From Mobula hypostoma (lineage: Eukaryota): a stretch of 64,000 nucleotides of DNA. The stretch spans positions 115,632,001-115,696,000 of the forward strand of contig NC_086108.1 of NCBI RefSeq assembly GCF_963921235.1, written 5' to 3'. Position 1 is the first letter of the stretch; each line of letters opens with the position of its first letter. The notes under the pieces are model-generated. The model ran no database searches. It had not been told where the DNA came from and worked only from the letters and a program-made list of their open reading frames with translations. A program made the position numbers and the translations under genes. Of this stretch, positions 15,001 to 30,000 are shown piece by piece.

Positions 15001-18000
15001 CACGCTGTTGCCGTGACAGTGTGGTGTTCGCACGCTCTTGTCGCGACCGTGTGGCGTTTGCACGCTCCCCCTCTGACCTTTTGGCGTTTGCACGTTCCCC
15101 CTGTGACCGTGTGGCTTTTGCACGTTCCCCCTGTGACCGTGTGGCTTTTGCACGTTCCCCCGTGACCGTGTGGCGTTTGCACGTTCCCACTCTGACCGTG
15201 TGGAGTTTGCACGTTCTCCCTGTGATCGTGGAATTTACACATTCCGCCTGTGACCGTGGAATTTGCACGTTCCCCCTGTGACCGTGTTGCGTTTGCACGT
15301 TCCCCCTGTGACTGTGTGGAGTTTACACGTTCTCCCTGTGTCTTTATGGAGATTACACGTTCTGCCTGTGACTGTGTCGAGATTACACGTTCTATCTGTG
15401 ACCATGTGGAATTTACACGTTCTGTCTGTGACCGTGTGGAGTTTGCACGTTCTCCCTGTGTCTCTATGGAGATTACATGTTCCCCCTGTGACCATGTGGA
15501 GTTTGCACGTCCTCCCTGTGACCGTGGAATTTACACGTTCCGTCTATGACCGTGGAATTTACACGTTCCGCCTGTGACCGTGTGGAATTTACACGTTCTA
15601 TCTGTGACCGTCGAGTTTGCACGTTCTCCCTGTGACCGTGTGGGGTTTGCATGTTCCCCCTGTGACCGTGTGGGGTTTGCATGTTCCCCCTGTGACCGGG
15701 TGGACTTTGCACGTTCTCCCTGTGTCTTTATGGAGTTTACACGTTCTCTCTGTGTCCGTGTGGAGCTTACACGTTCTCTTTTGTCCATGTGGAGTTTACA
15801 CTTTCACTGTGTGTCCTTGTGCATTTTCCACGTTCTCCCTGTGACTGGGTGGTGTTTCCACGCTTTCCATGTGACTGTGCAGTTTACACATTCGCCAGGT
15901 GACCGTGTGGAGATTGCATGCTCTCGCTGTGACCGTGTCGAGTTTGCACGTTCTCACTTCGACTTCGTGGAGTTTACACGTTCTCACTGTGACGTTGTGG
16001 TGTTTCCACGCTCTATATGTGACTGTGGAGTTTACACGTTCTGACTACGACGGTGTTGAGTTTGAACACTCTCACTGTTACCGTGTGGCATTTGCATGCT
16101 CTCACCGTGACGGTGTAATGTTTACACGCTCTCGCCGTGACCGTCTGGCGTTTGCACGCTTTTGTCGTGACTGTGTGGCGTTTGCATGCTCTTGTCGTCA
16201 CAGTGTGGTGTTTGCACGCTCTTGCCGCGACCGTGTGGCGTTTGCACGCTCCCCCTCTGACCTTTTGGCGTTTGCACGTTCCCCCTGTGACTGTGTGGCT
16301 TTTGCACGTTCCCCCTGTGACCGTGTGGTGTTTGCACGTTCCCACTCTGACCGTGTGGAGTTTGCACGTTCTCCCTGTGACCGTGGAATTTACACATTCC
16401 GCCTATGACCGTGGAATTTGCACGTTCCCCCTGTGACCGTGTTGCGTTTGCACGTTCCCCCTGTGACTGTGTGGAGTTTACACGTTCTCCCTGTGTCTTT
16501 ATGGAGATTACACGTTCTGCCTGTGACTGTGTCGAGATTACACGTTCTATCTGTGACCATGTGGAGTTTACACGTTCTGTCTGTGACCGTGTGGAGTTTG
16601 CACGTTCTCCCTGTGTCTCTATGGAGATTACACGTTCCCCCTGTGACCAGGTGGAGTTTGCACGTCCTCCCTGTGACCGTGGAATTTACACGTTCCACCT
16701 ATGACAGTGGAATTTACACGTTCCGCCTGTGACCGTGTCGAATTTACACGTTCTATCTGTGACCGTCGGGTTTGCACGTTCTCCCTGTGACTGTGTGGAA
16801 TTTGCATGTTCCCCCTGCAACCGTGTGGAGTTTGCACGTTCCCCCTGTGACCGTGTGGGGTTTGCACGTTCTCCCTGTGACCGTGTGGGGTTTGCACGTT
16901 CCCCCTGTGACCGTGTGGGGTTTGCATGTTCCCCCTATGACCGGGTGGAGTTTGCACGTTCTCCCTGTGTCTTTATGGAGTTTACACGTTCTCTCTGTGT
17001 CCGTGTGGAGCTTACATGTTCTCTCTTGTCCATGTGGAGTTTACACATTCACTGTGTACCCGTGTGGAGTTTATACGTTCTCTGAGTCCGTGTGGAGTTT
17101 ACACGTTCTCTCTGTGTCCGTGTGGAGTTTACACTTCCACTGTGTGTCCTTGTGCATTTTCCACGTTCTCCCTGTGACTGTGTGGTGTTTACACGCTTTC
17201 CATGTGACTGTGGAGTTTACACATTTGTCCCATGACCGTGTCGAGTTCGCACGCTCTCACTGTGACCGTGTGGTGTTTGCACGGTCTGGCCGTGACCGTG
17301 TGGAGTTTGCACGCTCTTGCCGTGACCGTGCGGTGTTTGCACTCTCCCCCTGTGACCTTGTGGTGTTTGCACGTTCCCCATGTGACCGTCTGGCGTTTGC
17401 TCGTTCCCTCGAGGCCGTGTGGCGTTTGCACCTTCCTCCTGATATCGTGTGGCCTTTGCATGTTCCCCCCGAGACTGTGTGGCATTTGAACGTTCTCCCT
17501 GTGACTGTGTCGAGTTTACACGTTCTATCTGTGATTGTGTGGAGCTTATACGTTTTGTCTGTGATTGTGTGGAATTTACACGTTCTTCCCTGTGTCTTCA
17601 TGGAGATTACACGCTCTCGCTGTGACCGTGTGGGGATTGCTCGCTCTCACTGTGACCTTGTGTCGTTTGCTCGTTTTCCCTGTGACCGTGCAGGATTTGC
17701 ACGTTCTCCCTGTGACCGTGTGGAGCTTACACGTTCTCCCTGTGACTGAGCAGCGTTTGCACGTCCCCCCTGTGACCGTGTGGGGTTTGCACGTTCCTCC
17801 TGTGACCGTGTGGAGTTTGCTCGTTCTCCCTGTGTCTTTATGGAGTTTACAACTTCTCTGTGTTTCCGTGTGGAGCTAACACGTTCTCTGTGTGTCCATA
17901 TAGAGTTTATACGGACACACTGTGTCTCTCTGTGTCCGTGTTCAGTTTACACGTTCTCCCTGTGACCATGTGGAGTTTGCACGCTCTCGCTGTGACTGTG

Positions 18001-21000
18001 TCGAGTTTGCACGTTCTCACTTCGACTTCGTGGAGTTTACACGTTCTCACTGCGACGTTGTGGTGTTTCCACGCTCTATATGTGACTGTGGAGTTTACAC
18101 GTTCTGACTATGACTGTGTTGAGTTTGAACACTCTCACTGTTACCGTGTGGCGTTTGCACGCTCTCACTATTACCGTGTGGCATTTGCATGCTCTCACTG
18201 TGACCGTGTAATGTTTACACGCTCTCGCCGTGACCGTCTGGCGTTTGCACGCTTTCGCCGTGACCGTCTGGCGTTTGCACGCTTTTGTCGTGACCGTGTG
18301 GCGTTTGCATGCTCTTGTCGTCACTGTGTGGTGTTTGCACGCTGTTGCCGTGACAGTGTGGTGTTTGCACGCTCTGCCGCGACCGTGTGGCGTTTGCACG
18401 CTCCCCCTCTGACCTTTTGGCGTTTGCACGTTCCCCCTGTGACTGTGTGGCTTTTGCACGTTCCCCCGTGACCGTGTGGCGTTTGCACGTTCCCACTCTG
18501 ACCGTGTGGAGTTTGCACGTTCTCCCTGTGACCGTGGAATTTACACATTCCGCCTGTGACCGTGGAATTTGCACGTTCTCCCTGTGACCGTGTTGCGTTT
18601 GCACGTTCCCCCTGTGACTGTGTGGAGTTTACACGTTCTCCCTGTGTCTTTATGGAGATTACACGTTCTGCCTGTGACTGTGTCGAGATTACACGTTCTA
18701 TCTGTGACCATGTGGAATTTACACGTTCTGTCTGTGACCGTGTGGAGTTTGCACGTTCTCCCTGTGTCTCTATGGAGATTACATGTTCCCCCTGTGACCA
18801 TGTGGAGTTTGCACGTCCTCCCTGTGACCGTGGAATTTACACGTTCCGTCTATGACCGTGGAATTTACACGTTCCGCCTGTGACCGTGTGGAATTTACAC
18901 GTTCTATCTGTGACCGTCGAGTTTGCACGTTCTCCCTGTGACCGTGTGGGGTTTGCATGTTCCCCCTGTGACCGTGTGGGGTTTGCATGTTCCCCCTGTG
19001 ACCGGGTGGACTTTGCACGTTCTCCCTGTGTCTTTATGGAGTTTACACGTTCTCTCTGTGTCCGTGTGGAGCTTACACGTTCTCTTTTGTCCATGTGGAG
19101 TTTACACTTTCACTGTGTGTCCTTGTGCATTTTCCACGTTCTCCCTGTGACTGGGTGGTGTTTCCACGCTTTCCATGTGACTGTGCAGTTTACACATTCG
19201 CCAGGTGACCGTGTGGAGATTGCATGCTCTCGCTGTGACCGTGTCGAGTTTGCACGTTCTCACTTCGACTTCGTGGAGTTTACACGTTCTCACTGTGACG
19301 TTGTGGTGTTTCCACGCTCTATATGTGACTGTGGAGTTTACACGTTCTGACTACGACGGTGTTGAGTTTGAACACTCTCACTGTTACCGTGTGGCATTTG
19401 CATGCTCTCACCGTGACGGTGTAATGTTTACACGCTCTCGCCGTGACCGTCTGGCGTTTGCACGCTTTTGTCGTGACTGTGTGGCGTTTGCATGCTCTTG
19501 TCGTCACAGTGTGGTGTTTGCACGCTCTTGCCGCGACCGTGTGGCGTTTGCACGCTCCCCCTCTGACCTTTTGGCGTTTGCACGTTCCCCCTGTGACTGT
19601 GTGGCTTTTGCACGTTCCCCCTGTGACCGTGTGGTGTTTGCACGTTCCCACTCTGACCGTGTGGAGTTTGCACGTTCTCCCTGTGACCGTGGAATTTACA
19701 CATTCCGCCTATGACCGTGGAATTTGCACGTTCCCCCTGTGACCGTGTTGCGTTTGCACGTTCCCCCTGTGACTGTGTGGAGTTTACACGTTCTCCCTGT
19801 GTCTTTATGGAGATTACACGTTCTGCCTGTGACTGTGTCGAGATTACACGTTCTATCTGTGACCATGTGGAGTTTACACGTTCTGTCTGTGACCGTGTGG
19901 AGTTTGCACGTTCTCCCTGTGTCTCTATGGAGATTACACGTTCCCCCTGTGACCAGGTGGAGTTTGCACGTCCTCCCTGTGACCGTGGAATTTACACGTT
20001 CCACCTATGACAGTGGAATTTACACGTTCCGCCTGTGACCGTGTCGAATTTACACGTTCTATCTGTGACCGTCGGGTTTGCACGTTCTCCCTGTGACTGT
20101 GTGGAATTTGCATGTTCCCCCTGCAACCGTGTGGAGTTTGCACGTTCCCCCTGTGACCGTGTGGGGTTTGCACGTTCTCCCTGTGACCGTGTGGGGTTTG
20201 CACGTTCCCCCTGTGACCGTGTGGGGTTTGCATGTTCCCCCTATGACCGGGTGGAGTTTGCACGTTCTCCCTGTGTCTTTATGGAGTTTACACGTTCTCT
20301 CTGTGTCCGTGTGGAGCTTACATGTTCTCTCTTGTCCATGTGGAGTTTACACATTCACTGTGTACCCGTGTGGAGTTTATACGTTCTCTGAGTCCGTGTG
20401 GAGTTTACACGTTCTCTCTGTGTCCGTGTGGAGTTTACACTTCCACTGTGTGTCCTTGTGCATTTTCCACGTTCTCCCTGTGACTGTGTGGTGTTTACAC
20501 GCTTTCCATGTGACTGTGGAGTTTACACATTTGTCCCATGACCGTGTCGAGTTCGCACGCTCTCACTGTGACCGTGTGGTGTTTGCACGGTCTGGCCGTG
20601 ACCGTGTGGAGTTTGCACGCTCTTGCCGTGACCGTGCGGTGTTTGCACTCTCCCCCTGTGACCTTGTGGTGTTTGCACGTTCCCCATGTGACCGTCTGGC
20701 GTTTGCTCGTTCCCTCGAGGCCGTGTGGCGTTTGCACCTTCCTCCTGATATCGTGTGGCCTTTGCATGTTCCCCCCGAGACTGTGTGGCATTTGAACGTT
20801 CTCCCTGTGACTGTGTCGAGTTTACACGTTCTATCTGTGATTGTGTGGAGCTTATACGTTTTGTCTGTGATTGTGTGGAATTTACACGTTCTTCCCTGTG
20901 TCTTCATGGAGATTACACGCTCTCGCTGTGACCGTGTGGGGATTGCTCGCTCTCACTGTGACCTTGTGTCGTTTGCTCGTTTTCCCTGTGACCGTGCAGG

Positions 21001-24000
21001 ATTTGCACGTTCTCCCTGTGACCGTGTGGAGCTTACACGTTCTCCCTGTGACTGAGCAGCGTTTGCACGTCCCCCCTGTGACCGTGTGGGGTTTGCACGT
21101 TCCTCCTGTGACCGTGTGGAGTTTGCTCGTTCTCCCTGTGTCTTTATGGAGTTTACAACTTCTCTGTGTTTCCGTGTGGAGCTAACACGTTCTCTGTGTG
21201 TCCGTATAGAGTTTATACGGACACACTGTGTCTCTCTGTGTCCGTGTTCAGTTTACACGTTCTCCCTGTGACCATATGGAGTTTGCACGCTCTCGCTGTG
21301 ACTGTGTCGAGTTTGCACGTTCTCACTTCGACTTCGTGGAGTTTACACGTTCTCACTGCGACGTTGTGGTGTTTCCACGCTCTATATGTGACTGTGGAGT
21401 TTACACGTTCTGACTATGACTGTGTTGAGTTTGAACACTCTCACTGTTACCGTGTGGCGTTTGCACGCTCTCACTATTACCGTGTGGCATTTGCATGCTC
21501 TCACTGTGACCGTGTAATGTTTACACGCTCTCGCCGTGACCGTCTGGCGTTTGCACGCTTTCGCCGTGACCGTCTGGCGTTTGCACGCTTTTGTCGTGAC
21601 CGTGTGGCGTTTGCATGCTCTTGTCGTCACTGTGTGGTGTTTGCACGCTGTTGCCGTGACAGTGTGGTGTTTGCACGCTCCCCCTCTGACCTTTTGGCGT
21701 TTGCACGTTCCCCCTGTGACTGTGTGGCTTTTGCACGTTCCCCCGTGACCGTGTGGCGTTTGCACGTTCCCACTCTGACCGTGTGGAGTTTGCACGTTCT
21801 CCCTGTGACCGTGGAATTTACACATTCCGCCTGTGACCGTGGAATTTGCACGTTCTCCCTGTGACCGTGTTGTGTTTGCACGTTCCCCCTGTGACTGTGT
21901 GGAGTTTACACGTTCTCCCTGTGTCTTTATGGAGATTACACGTTCTGCCTGTGACTGTGTCGAGATTACACGTTCTATCTGTGACCATGTGGAGTTTACA
22001 CGTTCTGTCTGTGACCATGTGGAGTTTGCACGTTCTCCCTGTGTCTCTATGGAGATTACATGTTCCCCCTGTGACCATGTGGAGTTTGCACGTCCTCCCT
22101 GTGACCGTGGAATTTACACGTTCCACCTGTGACAGTGGAATTTACACGTTCCGCCTGTGACCGTGTCGAATTTACACGTTCTCCCTGTGACCGTCGGGTT
22201 TGCACGTTCTCCCTGTGACTGTGTGGAATTTGCATGTTCCCCCTGCAACCGTGTGGAGTTTGCAAGTTCCCCCTGTGACCGTGTGGGGTTTGCATGTTCC
22301 CCCTGTGACCGGGTGGTGTTTCCACGCTTTCCATGTGACTGTGCAGTTTACACATTCGCCAGGTGACCGTGCGGAGATTGCATGCTCTCGCTGTGACCGT
22401 GTCGAGTTTGCACGTTCTCATTTCGACTTCGTGGAGTTTACACGTTCTCACTGTGACGTTGTGGTGTTTCCACGCTCTATATGTGACTGTGGAGTTTACA
22501 CGTTCTGACTACGACGGTGTTGAGTTTGAACACTCTCACTGTTACCGTGTGGCATTTGCACGCTCTCACTGTTACCGTGTGGCATTTGCATGCTCTCACC
22601 GTGACTGTGTAACATTTACATGCTCTCGCCGTGACCGTCTGGCGTTTGCACGCTTTTGTCGTGACTGTGTGGCGTTTGCATGCTCTTGTCGTCACTGTGT
22701 GGTGTTTGCCCGCTGTTGCCGTGACAGTGTGGTGTTTGCACGCTCTTGCCACGACCGTGTGGCGTTTGCATGCTCCCCCTCTGACCTTTTGGCGTTTGCA
22801 CGTTCCCCCTGTGACTGTGTGGCTTTTGCACGTTCCCCCTGTGACCGTGTGGCGTTTGCACGTTCCCACTCTGACCGTGTGGAGTTTGCACGTTCTCCCT
22901 GTGACCGTGGAATTTACACATTCCGCCTGTGACCGTGGAATTTGCACGTTCCCCCTGTGACCGTGTTGCGTTTGCACGTTCCCCCTGTGACTGTGTGGAG
23001 TTTACACGTTCTCCCTGTGTCTTTATGGAGATTACACGTTCTGCCTGTGACTGTGTCGAGATTTCACGTTCTATCTGTGACCATGTGGAGTTTACACATT
23101 CTCCCTGTGTCTTTATGGAGATTACACGTTCTGCCTGTGACTGTGTCGAGATTACACGTTCTATCTGTGACCATGTGGAATTTACACGTTCTGTCTGTGA
23201 CCGTGTGGAGTTTGCACGTCCTCCCTGTGACCGTGGAATTTACACGTTCCGTCTATGACCGTGGAATTTACACGTTCCGCCTGTGACCGTGTGGAATTTA
23301 CACGTTCTATCTGTGACCGTCGAGTTTGCATGTTCTCCCTGTGACCGTGTGGGGTTTGCACGTTCCGCCTGTGACCGTGTGGGGTTTGCATGTTCCCCCT
23401 GTGACCGGGTGGACTTTGCACGTTCTCCCTGTGTCTTTATGGAGTTTACACGTTCTCTCTGTGTCCGTGTGGAGCTTACACGTTCTCTTTTGTCCATGTG
23501 GAGTTTACACTTTCACTGTGTGTCCTTGTGCATTTTCCACGTTCTCCCTGTGACTGGGTGGTGTTTCCACGCTTTCCATGTGACTGTGCAGTTTACACAT
23601 TCGCCAGGTGACCGTGTGGAGATTACATGCTCTCGCTGTGACCGTGTCGAGTTTGCACGTTCTCACTTCGACTTCGTGGAGTTTACACGTTCTCACTGTG
23701 ACGTTGTGGTGTTTCCACGCTCTATATGTGACTGTGGAGTTTACACGTTCTGACTACGACGGTGTTGAGTTTGAACACTCTCACTGTTACCGTGTGGCAT
23801 TTGCATGCTCTCACTGTGACCGTGTAATGTTTACACGCTCTCGCCGTGACCGTCTGGCGTTTGCACGCTTTTGTCGTGACTGTGTGGCGTTTGCATGCTC
23901 TTGTCGTCACTGTGTGGTGTTTGCACGCTGTTGCCGTGACAGTGTGGTGTTTGCACGCTCTTGCCGCGACCGTGTGGCATTTGCACGCTCCCCCTCTGAC

Positions 24001-27000
24001 CTTTTGGCGTTTGCACGTTCCCCCTGTGACCGTGTGGCGTTTGCACGTTCCCACTCTGACCGTGTGGAGTTTGCACGTTCTCCCTGTGACCGTGGAATTT
24101 ACACATTCCGCCTGTGACCGTGGAATTTGCACGTTCCCCCGTGACCGTGTTGCGTTTGCACGTTCCCCCTGTGACTGTGTGGAGTTTACACGTTCTCCCT
24201 GTGACTTTATGGAGATTACACGTTCTGCCTGTGACTGTGTCGAGATTACACGTTCTATCTGTGACCATGTGGAGTTTACACGTTCTCCCTGTGTCTCTAT
24301 GGAGATTACACGTTCCCCCTGTGACCATGTGGAGTTTGCACGTCCTCCCTGTGACCGTGGAATTTACACGTTCCACCTGTGACAGTGGAATTTACACGTT
24401 CCGCCTGTGACCGTGTCGAATTCACACGTTCTATCTGTGACCGTCGGGTTTGCACGTTCTCCCTGTGACTGTGTGGAATTTACATGTTCTACCTGTGACT
24501 GCACGGTGCTTACATGTTCTCCCCGTGACTGTGCGGCGTTTGCACGTTCTCCCTGTGACCGTGTGGGGTTTGCACATTCCCCCTGTCACCGTTGTGGAGT
24601 TCGCACGTTCTCCCTGCGACCGTGTGGGGTTCATAAGTTCTTCCTATGACCGTGTGGAGTTGACACGTTCTCCTTGTGACCGTGTGGAGTTTGCACGTTC
24701 TCCCTGTGACCGTCGGGTTTGCACGTTCTCCCTGTGACTGTGTGGAATTTACATGTTCTACCTGTGACTGCACGGTGCTTACATGTTCTCCCCGTGACTG
24801 TGCGGCGTTTGCACGTTCTCCCTGTGACCGTGTGGGGTTTGCACATTCCCCCTGTCACCGTTGTGGAGTTCGCACATTCTCCCTGCGACCGTGTGGGGTT
24901 CGTAAGTTCTTCCTATGACCGTGTGGAGTTGACACGTTCTCCCTGTGACCGTGTGGAGTTTGCACGTTCTCCCTGTGACCGTCGGGTTTGCACGTTCTCC
25001 CTGTGACTGTGTGGAATTTGCATGTTCCCCCTGCAACCGTGTGGAGTTTGCACGATCCCCCTGTGACCGTGTGGGGTTTGCACGTTCTCCCTGTGACCGT
25101 GTGGGGTTTGCACGTTACCCCTGTGACCGTGTGGGGTTTGCACGTTCTCCCTGTGACCGTGTGGGGTTTGCACATTACCCCTGTGACCATGTGGGGTTTG
25201 CATGTTCCCCCTATGACCGGGTGGAGTTTGCACGTTCTCCCTGTGTTTTTATGGAGTTTACACGTTCTCTCTGTGTCCGTGTGGAGCTTTCATGTTCTCT
25301 TTTGTCCATGAGGAGTTTACACATTCACTGTGTACCCGTGTGGAGTTTACACGTTCTCTCTGTGTCCGTGTGGAGTTTACACTTCCACTTTGTGTCCTTG
25401 TGCATTTTCCACGTTCTCCCTGTGACTGTGTGGTGTTTACACGCTTTCCATGTGACTGTGGAGTTTACACATTTGTCCCGTGACCGTGTCGAGTTCGCAC
25501 GCTCTCACTGTGACCGTGTGGTGTTTGCACGGTCTGGCCGTGACCGTGTGGAGTTTGCACGCTCTTGCCGTGACCGTGCTGTGTTTGCACTCTCCCCCTG
25601 TGACCTTGTGGTGTTTGCACGTTCCCCATGTGACCGTCTGACGTTTGCTCGTTCCCTCGAGGCCGTGTGGCGTTTGCACCTTCCTCCTGATATCGTGTGG
25701 CCTTTGCATGTTCCCCCCAAGACTGTGTGGCATTTGAACGTTCTCCCTGTGACTCTGTCGAGTTTACACGTTCTATCTGTGATTGTGTGGAGTTTATACG
25801 TTTTGTCTGTGATTGTGTGGAATTTACACGTTCTTCCCTGTGTCTTCATGGAGATTACACGCTCTCGCTGTGACCGTGTGGGGATTGCTCGCTCTCACTG
25901 TGACCTTGTGTCTTTTGCTCATTTTCCCTGTGACCGTGCAGGATTTGCACGTTCTCCCTGTGACCGTGTGGAGCTTACACATTCTCCCTGTGACTGAGTA
26001 GCGTTTGCATGTTCCCCCTGTGACCGTGTGGGGTTTGCACGTTCCACTTGTGACCGTGTGGAGTTTGCTCGTTCTCCCTGTGTCTTTATGGAGTTTACAA
26101 CTTCTCTGCGTTTCCGTGTGGAGCTTACACGTTCTCTGTGTGTCCGTATAGAGTTTACACGTTCTCTCTGTGTCCGTGTGCAGTTTACACGTTCTCCCTG
26201 TGACCATGTGGAGTTTGCACGCTCTCGCTGTGACTGTGTCGAGTTTGCACGTTCTCACTTCGACTTCGTGGAGTTTACACATTCTCACTGCGACGTTGTG
26301 TTGTTTCCACGCTCTATATGTGACTGTGGAGTTTACACGTTCTGACTATGACTGTGTTGAGTTTGAACACTCTCACTGTTACCGTGTGGCGTTTGCACGC
26401 TCTCACTATTACCGTGTGGCATTTGCATGCTCTCACTGTGACCGTGTAATGTTTACACGCTCTCGCCGTGACCGTCTGGCGTTTGTACGCTTTTGTCGTG
26501 ACCGTGTGGCGTTTGCATGCTCTTGTCGTCACTGTGTGGTGCTTGCACGCTGTTGCCGTGACAGTGTGGTGTTCGCACGCTCTTGTCGCGACCGTGTGGC
26601 GTTTGCACGCTCCCCCTCTGACCTTTTGGCGTTTGCACGTTCCCCCTGTGACCGTGTGGCTTTTGCACGTTCCCCCTGTGACCGTGTGGCTTTTGCACGT
26701 TCCCCCGTGACCGTGTGGCGTTTGCACGTTCCCACTCTGACCGTGTGGAGTTTGCACGTTCTCCCTGTGATCGTGGAATTTACACATTCCGCCTGTGACC
26801 GTGGAATTTGCACGTTCCCCCTGTGACCGTGTTGCGTTTGCACGTTCCCCCTGTGACTGTGTGGAGTTTACACGTTCTCCCTGTGTCTTTATGGAGATTA
26901 CACGTTCTGCCTGTGACTGTGTCGAGATTACACGTTCTATCTGTGACCATGTGGAATTTACACGTTCTGTCTGTGACCGTGTGGAGTTTGCACGTTCTCC

Positions 27001-30000
27001 CTGTGTCTCTATGGAGATTACATGTTCCCCCTGTGACCATGTGGAGTTTGCACGTCCTCCCTGTGACCGTGGAATTTACACGTTCCGTCTATGACCGTGG
27101 AATTTACACGTTCCGCCTGTGACCGTGTGGAATTTACACGTTCTATCTGTGACCGTCGAGTTTGCACGTTCTCCCTGTGACCGTGTGGGGTTTGCATGTT
27201 CCCCCTGTGACCGTGTGGGGTTTGCATGTTCCCCCTGTGACCGGGTGGACTTTGCACGTTCTCCCTGTGTCTTTATGGAGTTTACACGTTCTCTCTGTGT
27301 CCGTGTGGAGCTTACACGTTCTCTTTTGTCCATGTGGAGTTTACACTTTCACTGTGTGTCCTTGTGCATTTTCCACGTTCTCCCTGTGACTGGGTGGTGT
27401 TTCCACGCTTTCCATGTGACTGTGCAGTTTACACATTCGCCAGGTGACCGTGTGGAGATTGCATGCTCTCGCTGTGACCGTGTCGAGTTTGCACGTTCTC
27501 ACTTCGACTTCGTGGAGTTTACACGTTCTCACTGTGACGTTGTGGTGTTTCCACGCTCTATATGTGACTGTGGAGTTTACACGTTCTGACTACGACGGTG
27601 TTGAGTTTGAACACTCTCACTGTTACCGTGTGGCATTTGCATGCTCTCACCGTGACGGTGTAATGTTTACACGCTCTCGCCGTGACCGTCTGGCGTTTGC
27701 ACGCTTTTGTCGTGACTGTGTGGCGTTTGCATGCTCTTGTCGTCACAGTGTGGTGTTTGCACGCTCTTGCCGCGACCGTGTGGCGTTTGCACGCTCCCCC
27801 TCTGACCTTTTGGCGTTTGCACGTTCCCCCTGTGACTGTGTGGCTTTTGCACGTTCCCCCTGTGACCGTGTGGTGTTTGCACGTTCCCACTCTGACCGTG
27901 TGGAGTTTGCACGTTCTCCCTGTGACCGTGGAATTTACACATTCCGCCTATGACCGTGGAATTTGCACGTTCCCCCTGTGACCGTGTTGCGTTTGCACGT
28001 TCCCCCTGTGACTGTGTGGAGTTTACACGTTCTCCCTGTGTCTTTATGGAGATTACACGTTCTGCCTGTGACTGTGTCGAGATTACACGTTCTATCTGTG
28101 ACCATGTGGAGTTTACACGTTCTGTCTGTGACCGTGTGGAGTTTGCACGTTCTCCCTGTGTCTCTATGGAGATTACACGTTCCCCCTGTGACCAGGTGGA
28201 GTTTGCACGTCCTCCCTGTGACCGTGGAATTTACACGTTCCACCTATGACAGTGGAATTTACACGTTCCGCCTGTGACCGTGTCGAATTTACACGTTCTA
28301 TCTGTGACCGTCGGGTTTGCACGTTCTCCCTGTGACTGTGTGGAATTTGCATGTTCCCCCTGCAACCGTGTGGAGTTTGCACGTTCCCCCTGTGACCGTG
28401 TGGGGTTTGCACGTTCTCCCTGTGACCGTGTGGGGTTTGCACGTTCCCCCTGTGACCGTGTGGGGTTTGCATGTTCCCCCTATGACCGGGTGGAGTTTGC
28501 ACGTTCTCCCTGTGTCTTTATGGAGTTTACACGTTCTCTCTGTGTCCGTGTGGAGCTTACATGTTCTCTCTTGTCCATGTGGAGTTTACACATTCACTGT
28601 GTACCCGTGTGGAGTTTATACGTTCTCTGAGTCCGTGTGGAGTTTACACGTTCTCTCTGTGTCCGTGTGGAGTTTACACTTCCACTGTGTGTCCTTGTGC
28701 ATTTTCCACATTCTCCCTGTGACTGTGTGGTGTTTACACGCTTTCCATGTGACTGTGGAGTTTACACATTTGTCCCATGACCGTGTCGAGTTCGCACGCT
28801 CTCACTGTGATCGTGTGGTGTTTGCACGGTCTGGCCGTGACCGTGTGGAGTTTGCACGCTCTTGCCGTGACCGTGCGGTGTTTGCACTCTCCCCCTGTGA
28901 CCTTGTGGTGTTTGCACGTTCCCCATGTGACCGTCTGGCGTTTGCTCGTTCCCTCGAGGCCGTGTGGCGTTTGCACCTTCCTCCTGATATCGTGTGGCCT
29001 TTGCATGTTCCCCCCGAGACTGTGTGGCATTTGAACGTTCTCCCTGTGACTGTGTCGAGTTTACACGTTCTATCTGTGATTGTGTGGAGCTTATACGTTT
29101 TGTCTGTGATTGTGTGGAATTTACACGTTCTTCCCTGTGTCTTCATGGAGATTACACGCTCTCGCTGTGACCGTGTGGGGATTGCTCGCTCTCACTGTGA
29201 CCTTGTGTCGTTTGCTCGTTTTCCCTGTGACCGTGCAGGATTTGCACGTTCTCCCTGTGACCGTGTGGAGCTTACACGTTCTCCCTGTGACTGAGCAGCG
29301 TTTGCACGTCCCCCCTGTGACCGTGTGGGGTTTGCACGTTCCTCCTGTGACCGTGTGGAGTTTGCTCGTTCTCCCTGTGTCTTTATGGAGTTTACAACTT
29401 CTCTGTGTTTCCGTGTGGAGCTAACACGTTCTCTGTGTGTCCGTATAGAGTTTATACGGACACACTGTGTCTCTCTGTGTCCGTGTTCAGTTTACACGTT
29501 CTCCCTGTGACCATGTGGAGTTTGCACGCTCTCGCTGTGACTGTGTCGAGTTTGCACGTTCTCACTTCGACTTCGTGGAGTTTACACGTTCTCACTGCGA
29601 CGTTGTGGTGTTTCCACGCTCTATATGTGACTGTGGAGTTTACACGTTCTGACTATGACTGTGTTGAGTTTGAACACTCTCACTGTTACCGTGTGGCGTT
29701 TGCACGCTCTCACTATTACCGTGTGGCATTTGCATGCTCTCACTGTGACCGTGTAATGTTTACACGCTCTCGCCGTGACCGTCTGGCGTTTGCACGCTTT
29801 CGCCGTGACCGTCTGGCGTTTGCACGCTTTTGTCGTGACCGTGTGGCGTTTGCATGCTCTTGTCGTCACTGTGTGGTGTTTGCACGCTGTTGCCGTGACA
29901 GTGTGGTGTTTGCACGCTCTGCCGCGACCGTGTGGCGTTTGCACGCTCCCCCTCTGACCTTTTGGCGTTTGCACGTTCCCCCTGTGACTGTGTGGCTTTT